Origin: Eledone cirrhosa
Lineage: Eukaryota
Reading direction: 5' to 3'
Assembly (NCBI GenBank): GCA_964016885.1
Contig: OZ024740.1
Span: 6,572,001 to 6,636,000 of the forward strand
DNA: 64,000 bases
Shown piece by piece: positions 10,001-21,900 of this stretch (positions are counted from its first letter, which is position 1; each line of letters begins with the position of its first letter). Both the position numbers and the translations under genes were made by a program. The notes below the pieces were generated by a model that had not been told where the DNA came from, did no database searches, and was given only the letters and a program-made list of their open reading frames with translations.

Positions 10001-13000
10001 TGACACCATGTTAGGTGGTGTATTGGTAGTATTGGTAGAGGGTCTGACACCATGTTAGGGTGGAGGATTGGCAGTATTGGGAGAGGGTCTGACACCATGT
10101 TAGGGTTGTGGATTGGCAGTATTGGTAGAGGGTCTGACACCATGTTAAGGTGGCAGATTGGCAGTATTGGTAGAGGGTCTGACACGATGTTAGGGTGGTG
10201 GATTGGCAGTATTGGTAGAGGGTCTGACATCATGTTAGGGTGGTGGATTGGTAGTATAGGTAGAGATTCTGACACCAAGGTAGGGTGGTGGATTGGCAAT
10301 ATTGGTAGAGGGTCTCACACCATGTTAGGGTGGCGGATTGGCAGTATTGGTAGAGGTTCTGACACCTTGTTAAGGTGGAGGATTGGCAATATTGGTATAG
10401 GGTCTGACACCATGGTAGGAGGTGGATTGGCAGTGTTTGTAGAGGGTCTGACACCATGGTAGAATGGTAGATTGGTAGTATTGGTAGAGGGTCTGACACC
10501 ATGTTAGGGTGGTGGAGTGGTAGTATAGGTAGAGGGTCTGACACCATCTTAGGTGGTGGATTGGTAGTATTGGTAGATCCTCTGAAACCATGTTAGGGTG
10601 GTGGATTGGCAGTATTGGTAGAGGGTCTGACACAATGCTAGGGTGGTGGATTGGCAGTATTGTTAGAGGGGCTAACACCATGTTAGGTGGTGGATTGGCA
10701 GTATTGGTAGAGGGTCTGACACAATGCTAGGGTTGTGGATTGGCAGTATCGGTAGAGGGTCTGACACCATGTTAGGGTGGTGGATTGGCAGTATAGGTAG
10801 AGGGTCTGACACCATGTTAGGGTGGTGGATTGGTAGTATTGGTAGAGGGTCTGACACCATGGTAGGGGGTGGATTGGTAGTATAGGTAGAGGGTCTGAAA
10901 CAATGCTAGGGTGGCGGATTGGCAGTATTGGTAGAGGGTCAGACACCATGTTAGGGTGGTGGATTTGCAGTATTGGTAGAGGGTCTGACACCATTTTAGG
11001 GTGGCGGATTGGCAGTATTGGTAGAGAGTCTGATAACCTTGTTAGGGTGGTGGATTGGCAGTATTGGTAGAGGGTCTGATACCATGTTAGGGTGGTGAAT
11101 TGGCAGTATTGGTAGAGGGTCTGACACAATGTTAGGGTGGTGGATTGGCAGTATTGATAGAGGGTCTGATACCATGTTAGGGTGGCGGATTGGCAGCATT
11201 GGTAGAGGGTCTGACACCATGTTAGGGTGGTGGATGGGCAGTATTGGTAGAAGGTCTCACATTATTTTAGGGTGGTGGATTGGTAGTATAGGTAGAGGGT
11301 CTGACACCATGTTAGGGTGGAGGATTGGCAATATTGGTAGAGCTTCTGACACCATGGTAGGTGGTGGATTGGCAGAGTTTATAGAGGGTCTGACACCATG
11401 GTAGGCTGGTGGATTGGTAGTATTGGTAGAGGGTCTGACACCATGTTAGGGTGGTGGAGTGGTAGTATAGGTAGAGGGTCTGACACCATCTTAGGTGGTG
11501 GATTTGTAGTATTGGTAGAGGGTCTGACACCATCTTAGGTGGTGGATTGGCAGTATTGGTAGAGGGTCTGACACAATGCTAGGGTGGTGGATTGGCAGTA
11601 TTGTTAGAGGGGCTAACACCATGTTAGGTGGTGGATTGGCAGTATTTGTAGAGGGTCTGACACAATGCTAGGGTTGTGGATTGGCAGTATTGGTAGAGGG
11701 GCTGACACCATTTTAGGTGGTGGATTGGCAGTATTGGTAGAGGGTCTAACACCATGTTAGGGTGGTGGATGGTAGTATAGGTAGAGGGTCTGACACCATG
11801 TTAGGGTGGTGGATTGGCAGTATTGGTAGAGGGTCTAACACCATGTTAGGGTGGTGGATGGTAGTATAGGTAGAGGGTCTGACACCATGTTAGGTGGTGG
11901 ATTGGCAGTATTGGTAGAGGGCCTGACACAATGCTAGGGTGGTGGATTGGCAGTATTGGTAGAGGGTCTGACACCATGTTAGGTGGTGGATTAGCAGTAC
12001 TGGTAGATGGTCAGACGCCATGGGTGGTGGATTGGCAGCATTGGTAGAGGGTCTGACACCATGTTAGGGTGGTGGTTTGGTAGTATTGGTAGAGGGTCTG
12101 ACACCATGGTAGGGGGTGGATTGGTAGTATAGGTAGAGGGTCTGACACTATGCTAGGGTGGCGGATTGGCAGTATTGGTAGAGGGTCTGACACCATGTTA
12201 GGGTGGTGGATTGGCAGTATTGGTAGAGGGTCTGATATCATGTTAGGGTGGTTGATTGGTAGTATAGGTAGAGGGTCTGACACCATGGTAGGGTGGCAGA
12301 TTGGCAGTATTGGTAGAGGGTCTGACACAATGTTAGGGTGGTGGATTGGCAGTATTGGTAGAGGGTCTGACATCATGTTAGGGTGGTGGATTGGTAGTAT
12401 AGGTAGAGGTTTTGACACCATTGTAGGGTGGTGGATTGGCAATATTGGTAGAGGGTCTCACACCATGTTAGGGTGGCGGATTGGCAGTATTGGTAGAGGG
12501 TCTGACACCATGTTAGGGTGGAGGATTGGCAATATTGGTAGAGGTTCTGACACCATGGTAGGTGGTGGATTGGAAGTGTTTATAGAGGGTCTGACACCAT
12601 GGTAGGCTGGTGGATTGGTAGTATTGGTAGAGGGTCTGACACCATGTTAGGGTGGTGGAGTGGTAGTATAGGTAGAGGGTCTGACACCATCTTAGGTGAT
12701 GGATTGGTAGTATTGGTAGATCGTCTGACACCATGTTAGAGTGGTGGATTGGTAGTATAGGTAGAGGGTCTGACACCATCTTAGGTGGTGGATTGGCAGT
12801 ATTGGTAGAGGGTCTGACACAATGCTAGGGTGGTGGATTGGCAGTATTGTTAGAGGGGCTAACACCATGTTAGGTGGTGGATTGGCAGTATTTGTAGAGG
12901 GTCTGACACAATGCTAGGGTTGTGGATTGGCAGTATTGGTAGAGGGGCTGACACCATTTTAGGTGGTGGATTGGCAGTATTGGTAGAGGGTCAGACGCCA

Positions 13001-16000
13001 TGGGTGGTGGATTGGCATTATTGGTAGAGGGTCTGACACCATGTTAGGGTGGTGGATTGGCAGTATAGGTAGAGGGTCTGACACAATGCTAGGGTGGCGG
13101 ATTGGCAGTATTGGTAGAGGGTCTGACACCATGTTAGGGTGGTGGATTTGCAGTATTGGTAGAGGGTCTGACACCATTTTAGGGTGGTGGATTGGCAGTA
13201 TTGGTAGAGGGTCTGACATCATGTTAGGGTGGTGGATTGGTAGTATAGGTAGAGGGTCTGACACCATGGTAGGTGATGGATTGGTAGTTTTGGTAGAGGG
13301 TCTGACACCATGTTAGGTGGTGGATTGGTAGTATTAGTAGAGGGTCTGACACCATGTTAGGTGGTGGATTGGTAGTATTGGTAGAGGGTCTGACACCATG
13401 GTAGGGTGGTGGATTGGCAGTATAGGTAGAGGGTCTGACACCATGTTAGTGTGGTGGATTGGCAGTATAGGTAGAGGGTCTGACACCATGTTAGGGTGGT
13501 GGATTGGCAGTATTGGTAGAGGGTCTGATACCATGCTAGGTGGTGGATTGTTAGTATTGGTAGAGGGTCTGACACCATGTTAGGTGGTGGATTGGCAGTA
13601 TAGGTAGAGGGTCTGACACCATGTTAGGGTGGTGAATTGGCAGTATTGGTAGAGGGTCTGACACCATGTTAGGGTGGCGGATTGGCAGTATTGGTTGAGG
13701 GTCTGACACCATGTTAGGGTGGCGGATTGGCAGTATTGGTAGAGGTTCTGACACCATGTTAGGGTGGTGGATTGGCAGTATTGGTAGAGGGTCTGATACC
13801 ATGTTAGGGTGGTGGATTGGTAGTATAGGTAGTGGGTCTGACACGATTGTAGGGTGGTGTATTGGCAATATTGGTAGAGATCTGACACCATGTTAGGTGG
13901 TGGATTGGTAGTATTGGTAGAGGGTCTGACACCATGGTAGGTGGTGGATTGGTAGTATTGGTAGAGGGTCTGACACCATGTTAGGTGGTGGATTGGTAGT
14001 ATTGGTAGAGGGTCTGACACCATGTTAGGGTGGAGGATTGGCAGTATTGGTAGAGGGTCTGACACCATGGTAGAGTGGTGGATTGGCAGTATTGTTAGAG
14101 GGTCCGGCACCATGTTAGGTGGTGGATTGGCAGTATTGGTAGAGGGTCAGACGCCATGGGTGGTGGATTGGCAGTATTGGTAGAGGGTCTGACACCATGT
14201 TAGGGTGGTGGATTGGTAGTATTGGTAGAGGGTCTGACACCATGGTAGGGGGTGGATTGGTAGTATAGGTAGAGGGTCTGACACAATGCTAGGGTGGCGG
14301 ATTGGCAGTATTGGTAGAGGGTCTGACACCATGTTAGGGTGGTGGATTGGCAGTATTGGTAGAGAGTCTGACACCATTTTAGGGTGGCAGATTTGCAGTA
14401 TTGGTAGAGGGTCTGACACCATGTTAGGGTGGTGGATTGGCAGTATTGGTAGAGGGTCTGATACCATGTTAGGGTGGTGGATTGGCAGTATTGGTAGAGG
14501 GTCTGACACCATGTTATGGTGGCGGATTGGCAGTATTGGTAGAGGGTCTGACACCATGTTACGGTGGTGGATTGGCAGTATTGGTAGAGGGTCTGACATC
14601 ATGTTAGGGTGGTGGATTGGTAGTATAGGTAGAGGGTCTGACACCATGGTGGTGGTGGATTGGTAGTATTAGTAGAGGGTCTGACACCATGTTAGGTGGT
14701 GGATTGGTAGTATTGGTAGAGGGTCTGACACCATGGTAGGTGGTGGATTGGTAGTATTGGTAGAGGGTCTGACACCATGTTAGGTGGTGTATTGGTAGTA
14801 TTGGTAGAGGGTCTGACACCATGTTAGGGTGGAGGATTGGCAGTATTGGGAGAGGGTCTGACACCATGTTAGGGTTGTGGATTGGCAGTATTGGTAGAGG
14901 GTCTGACACCATGTTAAGGTGGCAGATTGGCAGTATTGGTAGAGGGTCTGACACGATGTTAGGGTGGTGGATTGGCAGTATTGGTAGAGGGTCTGACATC
15001 ATGTTAGGGTGGTGGATTGGTAGTATAGGTAGAGATTCTGACACCAAGGTAGGGTGGTGGATTGGCAATATTGGTAGAGGGTCTCACACCATGTTAGGGT
15101 GGCGGATTGGCAGTATTGGTAGAGGTTCTGACACCTTGTTAAGGTGGAGGATTGGCAATATTGGTATAGGGTCTGACACCATGGTAGGAGGTGGATTGGC
15201 AGTGTTTGTAGAGGGTCTGACACCATGGTAGAATGGTAGATTGGTAGTATTGGTAGAGGGTCTGACACCATGTTAGGGTGGTGGAGTGGTAGTATAGGTA
15301 GAGGGTCTGACACCATCTTAGGTGGTGGATTGGTAGTATTGGTAGATCCTCTGAAACCATGTTAGGGTGGTGGAGTGGTAGTATAGGTAGAGGGTCTGAC
15401 ACCATCTTAGGTGGTGGATTGGTAGTATTGGTAGAGGGTCTGACACCATGTTAGGTGGTGGATTGGCAGTATTGGTAGAGGGTCTGACACAATGCTAGGG
15501 TGGTGGATTGGCAGTATTGTTAGAGGGGCTAACACCATGTTAGGTGGTGGATTGGCAGTATTGGTAGAGGGTCTGACACAATGCTAGGGTTGTGGATTGG
15601 CAGTATCGGTAGAGGGTCTGACACCATGTTAGGGTGGTGGATTGGCAGTATAGGTAGAGGGTCTGACACCATGTTAGGGTGGTGGATTGGTAGTATTGGT
15701 AGAGGGTCTGACACCATGGTAGGGGGTGGATTGGTAGTATAGGTAGAGGGTCTGAAACAATGCTAGGGTGGCGGATTGGCAGTATTGGTAGAGGGTCAGA
15801 CACCATGTTAGGGTGGTGGATTTGCAGTATTGGTAGAGGGTCTGACACCATTTTAGGGTGGCGGATTGGCAGTATTGGTAGAGAGTCTGATAACCTTGTT
15901 AGGGTGGTGGATTGGCAGTATTGGTAGAGGGTCTGATACCATGTTAGGGTGGTGAATTGGCAGTATTGGTAGAGGGTCTGACACAATGTTAGGGTGGTGG

Positions 16001-16168
16001 ATTGGCAGTATTGATAGAGGGTCTGATACCATGTTAGGGTGGCGGATTGGCAGCATTGGTAGAGGGTCTGACACCATGTTAGGGTGGTGGATGGGCAGTA
16101 TTGGTAGAAGGTCTCACATTATTTTAGGGTGGTGGATTGGTAGTATAGGTAGAGGGTCTGACACCATG
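6560..16168 (+). repeat. Tandem duplication of a ~4.7-4.9-kb block, junction near 11310
   Basis: Offsets are 4727 (6585/11312, 7284/12011), 4771 (8809/13580) and 4857 (10683/15540). Markers AGAGCTTCTG, GATCCTCTGAAACC and AAGGTCTCACATTATTTT are each present in both copies. Confidence 0.9.
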
Positions 16169-16271
16169 GTAGGGTGGTGGATTGGCAATAATGGTAGAGG
16201 GTCTGACACCATGTTAGGTGGTGGATTGGTAGTATTAGTAGAGGGTCTGACACCATGGTAGGTGGTGGATT

Positions 16272-16617
16272 GGCAGTATTGGTAGAGGGTCTGACACCAT
16301 GGTAGGGTGGTGGATTGGAAGTATTGATAGAGGGTCTGACACCATGTTATGTGGTGGATTGGTAGTATTGGTAGAGGGTCTGACACCATGTTAGGGTGGA
16401 GGATTGGCAGTATTTGTAGAGGGTCTGACACCATGGTAGGGTGGTGGATTGGAAGTATTGATAGAGGGTCTGACACCATGTTATGTGGTGGATTGGTAGT
16501 ATTGGTAGAGGGTCTGACACCATGTTAGGGTGGAGGATTGGCAGTATTTGTAGAGGGTCTGACACCATGGTAGGGTGGTGGATTGGAAGTATTGATAGAG
16601 GGTCTGACACCATGTTA
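16272..16617 (+). repeat. 134-bp trimer higher-order repeat, ~2.5 copies (also at ~61235-61580)
   Basis: GGAAGTATTGATAG occurs three times at 134-bp spacing. ORF starts 16479/16613 and 61442/61576 differ by 134. Confidence 0.85.
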
Positions 16618-17789
16618 GGCGGTGGATTGGCAGTATTGGTAGAGGGTCAGACGCCATGGGTGGTGGATTGGCAGTATTAGTAGAGGTTCTGACACCATGT
16701 TAGGGTGGTGGACTGGTAGTATAGTTAGAGGGTCCGACACAATGTTAGGTGGTGGATTGGCAGTATTGGTAGAGGGTCTGACACCATGTTAGGTGGTGGA
16801 TTGGTAGTATTGGTAGAGGGTCTGACACCATGTTAGGTGGTGGATTGGCAGTATTGGTAGAGGGTCTGACACCATGTTAGGGTGGTGGATTGGCAGTATT
16901 GGTAGAGGGTCTGACACCATTTTACGGTGGCGGATTGGCAGTATTGGTAGAGGGTCTGACACCATGTTAGGGTGGTGGATTGGCAGTATTGGTAGCGGGT
17001 CTGACACCATGCTAGGGTGGTGGATTGGCAGTATTGTTAGAGGGTCTGACACCATGTTAGGTGGGGGATTGGCAGTATTGGTAGAGGGTCTGACACCATG
17101 GTAGAGTGGTAGATTGGCAGTATTGGTAGAGGGTCTGACACAATGCTAGGGTGGTGGATTGGCAGTAATGGTAGAGGGGCTGACACCATGTTAGGTGGTG
17201 GATTGGCAGTATTGGTAGAGGGTTTGACACAATGCTAGGGTGGTGGATTGGCAGTATAGTTAGAGGGTCTGACACCATGTTAGGGTGGTGGATTGGTAGT
17301 ATTGGTAGAGGGTCTGACACCATGGTAGGGGTGGATTGGTAGTATAGGTAGAGGGTCTGACACAATGCTAGGGTGGCGGATTGGCAGTATTGGTAGAGGG
17401 TCTGACACATGTTAGGGTGGTGGATTGGCAGTATTGGTAGAGGGTCTGACACCATGTTAGGGTGGCGGATTGGCAGTATTGGTAGAGGGTCTGACACCAT
17501 GTTAGGGTGGTGGATTTGCAGTATTGGTAGAGGGTCTGATACCATGTTAGGTGGTGGATTGGCAGTATTGGTAGAGGGTCTGACACCATGTTATGTGGCG
17601 GATTGGCAGTATTGGTAGAGGGTCTGACACCATGTTAGGGTGGTGGATTGGCAGTATTGGTAGAGGGTCTGACACCATGTTAGGGTGGTGGATTGGCAGT
17701 ATAGGTAGAGGGTCTGACACCATGTTAGGGTGGTGGATTGGTAGTATAGGTAGAGGGTCTGACACAATGCTAGGGTGGCGGATTGGCAG

Positions 17790-18973
17790 TATTGGTAGAG
17801 GGTCTGACACCATGTTAGGTGGTGGATTGGCAGTATTGGTAGAGGGTCTGACACCATGTTAGGGTGGTGGATTGGCAGTATTGGTAGCGGGTCTGACACC
17901 ATGTTAGAGTGGTGGATTAGTAGTATAGGTAGAGGGTCTGACACCATGGTAGGGTGGTGGATTGGCAGTATAGGTAGAGGGTCTGACACCATGTTAGGGT
18001 GGCGGATTGGCAGTATTGGTAGAGGGTCTGACACCATGCTAGGGTGGTGGATTGGCAGTATTGGTAGAGGGTCTGACACCATGTTAGGGTGGTGGATTGG
18101 CAGTATTGGTAGAGGGTCTGCCACCATGCTAGGGTGGTGGATTGGCAGTATTGGTAGAGGGTCTGACACCATGTTAGGGTGGTGGATTGGCAGTATTGGT
18201 AGAGGGTCTGACATCATGCTAGGTGGTGGATTGTTAGTATTGGTAGAGGGTCTGACACCATGTTAGGTGGTGGATTGGCAGTATAGGTAGAGGTTCTGAC
18301 ACAATGCTAGGGTGGCGGATTGGCAGTATTGGTAGAGGGTCTGACACAATGCTAGGGTGGCGGATTAGCAGTATTGGTAGAGGGTCTGACACCATATTAG
18401 GTGGTGGATTGGTAGTATTGGTAGAGGGTCTGACACCATGTTAGGTGGTGGATTGGCAGTATTGGTAGAGGGTCTGACACCATGTTAGGGTGGTGGATTG
18501 GCAGTATTGGTAGCGGGTCTGACACCATGTTAGAGTGGTGGATTAGTAGTATAGGTAGAGGGTCTGACACCATGGTAGGGTGGTGGATTGGTAGTATAGG
18601 TAGAGGGTCTGACACCATGTTAGGGTGGCGGATTGGCAGTATTGGTAGAGGGTCTGACACCATGCTAGGGTGGTGGATTGGCAGTATTGGTAGAGGGTCT
18701 GACACCATGTTAGGGTGGTGGATTGGCAGTATTGGTAGAGGGTCTGCCACCATGCTAGGGTGGTGGATTGGCAGTATTGGTAGAGGGTCTGACACCATGT
18801 TAGGGTGGTGGATTGGCAGTATTGGTAGAGGGTCTGACATCATGTTAGGTGGTGGATTGTTAGTATTGGTAGAGGGTCTGACACCATGTTAGGTGGTGGA
18901 TTGGCAGTATAGGTAGAGGTTCTGACACAATGCTAGGGTGGCGGATTGGCAGTATTGGTAGAGGGTCTGACAC
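17790..18973 (+). repeat. 626-bp (14-monomer) offset local duplication (also at ~62755-63935)
   Basis: ORFs 17856/18482 are identical, and 62820/63446 have the same 626 offset. Both copies share TAGCGGG, TTAGAGTGG, TCTGCCACC and GATTGTTAG markers. Confidence 0.85.
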
Positions 18974-21900
18974 CATGTTAGGGTGGTGGATTGGTAGTAT
19001 AGGTAGAGGGTCTGACACCATTGTAGGGTGGTGGATTGGCAATATTGGTAGAGATCTGACACCATGTTAGGGTGGTGGATTGGCAGTATTGGTAGAGGGT
19101 CTGATACCATGTTAGGGTGGTGGATTGGCAGTATTGGTAGAGGGTCTGACACCATTGTAGGGTGGTGGATTGGCAGTATTGTTAGAGGTTCTGGCACCAT
19201 GTTAGGTGGTGGATTGGCAGTATTGGTAGAGGGTCTGACACCATGTTAGGGTGGTGGATTGGCAGTATTGGTAGAGGGTCTGACACCATGGTAGGGGGTG
19301 GATTGGTAGTATAGGTAGAGGGTCTGACACAATGCTAGGGTGGCGGATTGGCAGTATTGGTAGAGGGTCTGACACCATGTTAGGGTGGTGGATTGGCAGT
19401 ATTGGTAGAGGGTCTGATACCATGTTAGGGTGGTGGATTGGCAGTATTGGTAGAGGGTCTGACACCATGTTAGGGTAGCGGATTGGCAGTATTGGTAGAG
19501 GGTCTGACACCATGTTACGGTGGTGGATTGGCAGTATTGGTAGAGGGTCTGATATCATGTTAGGGTGGTTGATTGGTAGTATAGGTAGAGGGTCTGACAC
19601 CATGGTAGGGTGGCAGATTGGCAGTATTGGTAGAGGGTCTGACACAATGTTAGGGTGGTGGATTGGCAGTATTGTTAGAGGGTCTGACATCATGTTAGGG
19701 TGGTGGATTGGTAGTATAGGTAGAGGTTTTGACACCATTGTAGGGTGGTGGATTGGCAATATTGGTAGAGGGTCTCACACCATGTTAGGGTGGCGGATTG
19801 GCAATATTGGTAGAGGTTCTGACACCATGGTAGGTGGTGGATTGGCAGTGTTTATAGAGGGTCTGACACCATGGTAGGCTGGTGGATTGGTAGTATTGGT
19901 AGAGGGTCTGACACCATGTTAGGGTGGTGGAGTGGTAGTATAGGCAGAGGGTCTGACACCATCTTAGGTGGTGGATTGGTAGTATTGGTAGATCGTCTGA
20001 CACCATGTTAGGGTGGTGGATTGGTAGTATAGGTAGAGGGTCTGAGACCATCTTAGGTGTTGGATTGGTAGTATTGGTAGAGGGTCTGACACCATCTTAG
20101 GTGGTGGATTGGCAGTATTGGTAGAGGGTCTGACACAATGCTAGGGTGGTGGATTGGCAGTATTGTTAGAGGGGCTAACACCATGTTAGGTGGTGGATTG
20201 GCAGTATTTGTAGAGGGTCTGACACAATGCTAGGGTTGTGGATTGGCAGTATTGGTAGAGGGGCTGACACCATTTTAGGTGGTGGATTGGCAGTATTGGT
20301 AGAGGGTCAGACGCCATGGGTGGTGGATTGGCATTATTGGTAGAGGGTCTGACACCATGTTAGGGTGGTGGATTGGCAGTATAGGTAGAGGGTCTGACAC
20401 CATGTTAGGGTGGTGGATTGGTAGTATAGGTAGAGGGTCTGACACAATGCTAGGGTGGCGGATTGGCAGTATTGGTAGAGGGTCTGACACCATGTTAGGG
20501 TGGTGGATTGGTAGTATTGGTAGAGGGTCTGACACCATGGTAGGGGGTGGATTGGTAGTATAGGTAGAGGGTCTGACACAATGCTAGGGTGGCGGATTGG
20601 CAGTATTGGTAGAGGGTCTGACACCATGTTAGGGTGGTGGATTGGCAGTATTGGTAGAGGGTCTGATACCATGTTAGGGTGGTGGATTGGCAGTATTGGT
20701 AGAGGGTCTGACACCATGTTAGGGTAGCGGATTGGCAGTATTGGTAGAGGGTCTGACACCATGTTACGGTGGTGGATTGGCAGTATTGGTAGAGGGTCAG
20801 ATATCATGTTAGGGTGGTTGATTGGTAGTATAGGTAGAGGGTCTGACACCATGGTAGGGTGGCAGATTGGCAGTATTGGTAGAGGGTCTGACACAATGTT
20901 AGGGTGGTGGATTGGCAGTATTGGTAGAGGGTCTGACATCATGTTAGGGTGGTGGATTGGTAGTATAGGTAGAGGTTTTGACACCATTGTAGGGTGGTGG
21001 ATTGGCTATATTGGTAGAGGGTCTCACACCATGTTAGGGTGGGGGATTGGCAATATTGGTAGAGGTTCTGACACCATGGTAGGTGGTGGATTGGCAGTAT
21101 TGGTAGAGGGTCTGACACCATGTTAGGGTGGCGGATTGGCAGTATTGGTAGAGGGTCTGACACCATGTTAGGGTGGTGGATTTGCAGTATTGGTAGAGGG
21201 TCTGATACCATGTTAGGTGGTGGATTGGCAGTATTGGTAGAGGGTCTGACACCATGTTATGTGGCGGATTGGCAGTATTGGTAGAGGGTCTGACACCATG
21301 TTAGGGTGGTGGATTGGCAGTATTGGTAGAGGGTCTGACACCATGTTAGGGTGGTGGATTGGCAGTATAGGTAGAGGGTCTGACACCATGTTAGGGTGGT
21401 GGATTGGTAGTATAGGTAGAGGGTCTGACACAATGCTAGGGTGGCGGATTGGCAGTATTGGTAGAGGGTCTGACACCATGTTAGGTGGTGGATTGGCAGT
21501 ATTGGTAGAGGGTCTGACACCATGTTAGGGTGGTGGATTGGCAGTATTGGTAGCGGGTCTGACACCATGTTAGAGTGGTGGATTAGTAGTATAGGTAGAG
21601 GGTCTGACACCATGGTAGGGTGGTGGATTGGCAGTATAGGTAGAGGGTCTGACACCATGTTAGGGTGGCGGATTGGCAGTATTGGTAGAGGGTCTGACAC
21701 CATGCTAGGGTGGTGGATTGGCAGTATTGGTAGAGGGTCTGACACCATGTTAGGGTGGTGGATTGGCAGTATTGGTAGAGGGTCTGCCACCATGCTAGGG
21801 TGGTGGATTGGCAGTATTGGTAGAGGGTCTGACACCATGTTAGGGTGGTGGATTGGCAGTATTGGTAGAGGGTCTGACATCATGCTAGGTGGTGGATTGT

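Larger units (their letters stand above)
1..19036 (+). repeat. Long-range duplication, proximal copy (matches 49294-64000)
   Basis: Identical or near-identical ORF translations at stepwise offsets: 123/49416 (49293), 2660/52172 (49512), 5070/54717 (49647), 8143/57923 (49780), 14147/59156 (45009), 18397/63361 (44964). Rare marker monomers occur in the same order in both copies. Confidence 0.93.

Noticed and set aside
17401-17412. Isolated 1-bp losses (GACACATG at ~17404 and ~60719; GGCAAGGG at ~33919)
   Set aside because: The two GACACATG losses are absent from the matching macro-copy, and the third is a singleton. They cannot be distinguished from sequencing or consensus error.
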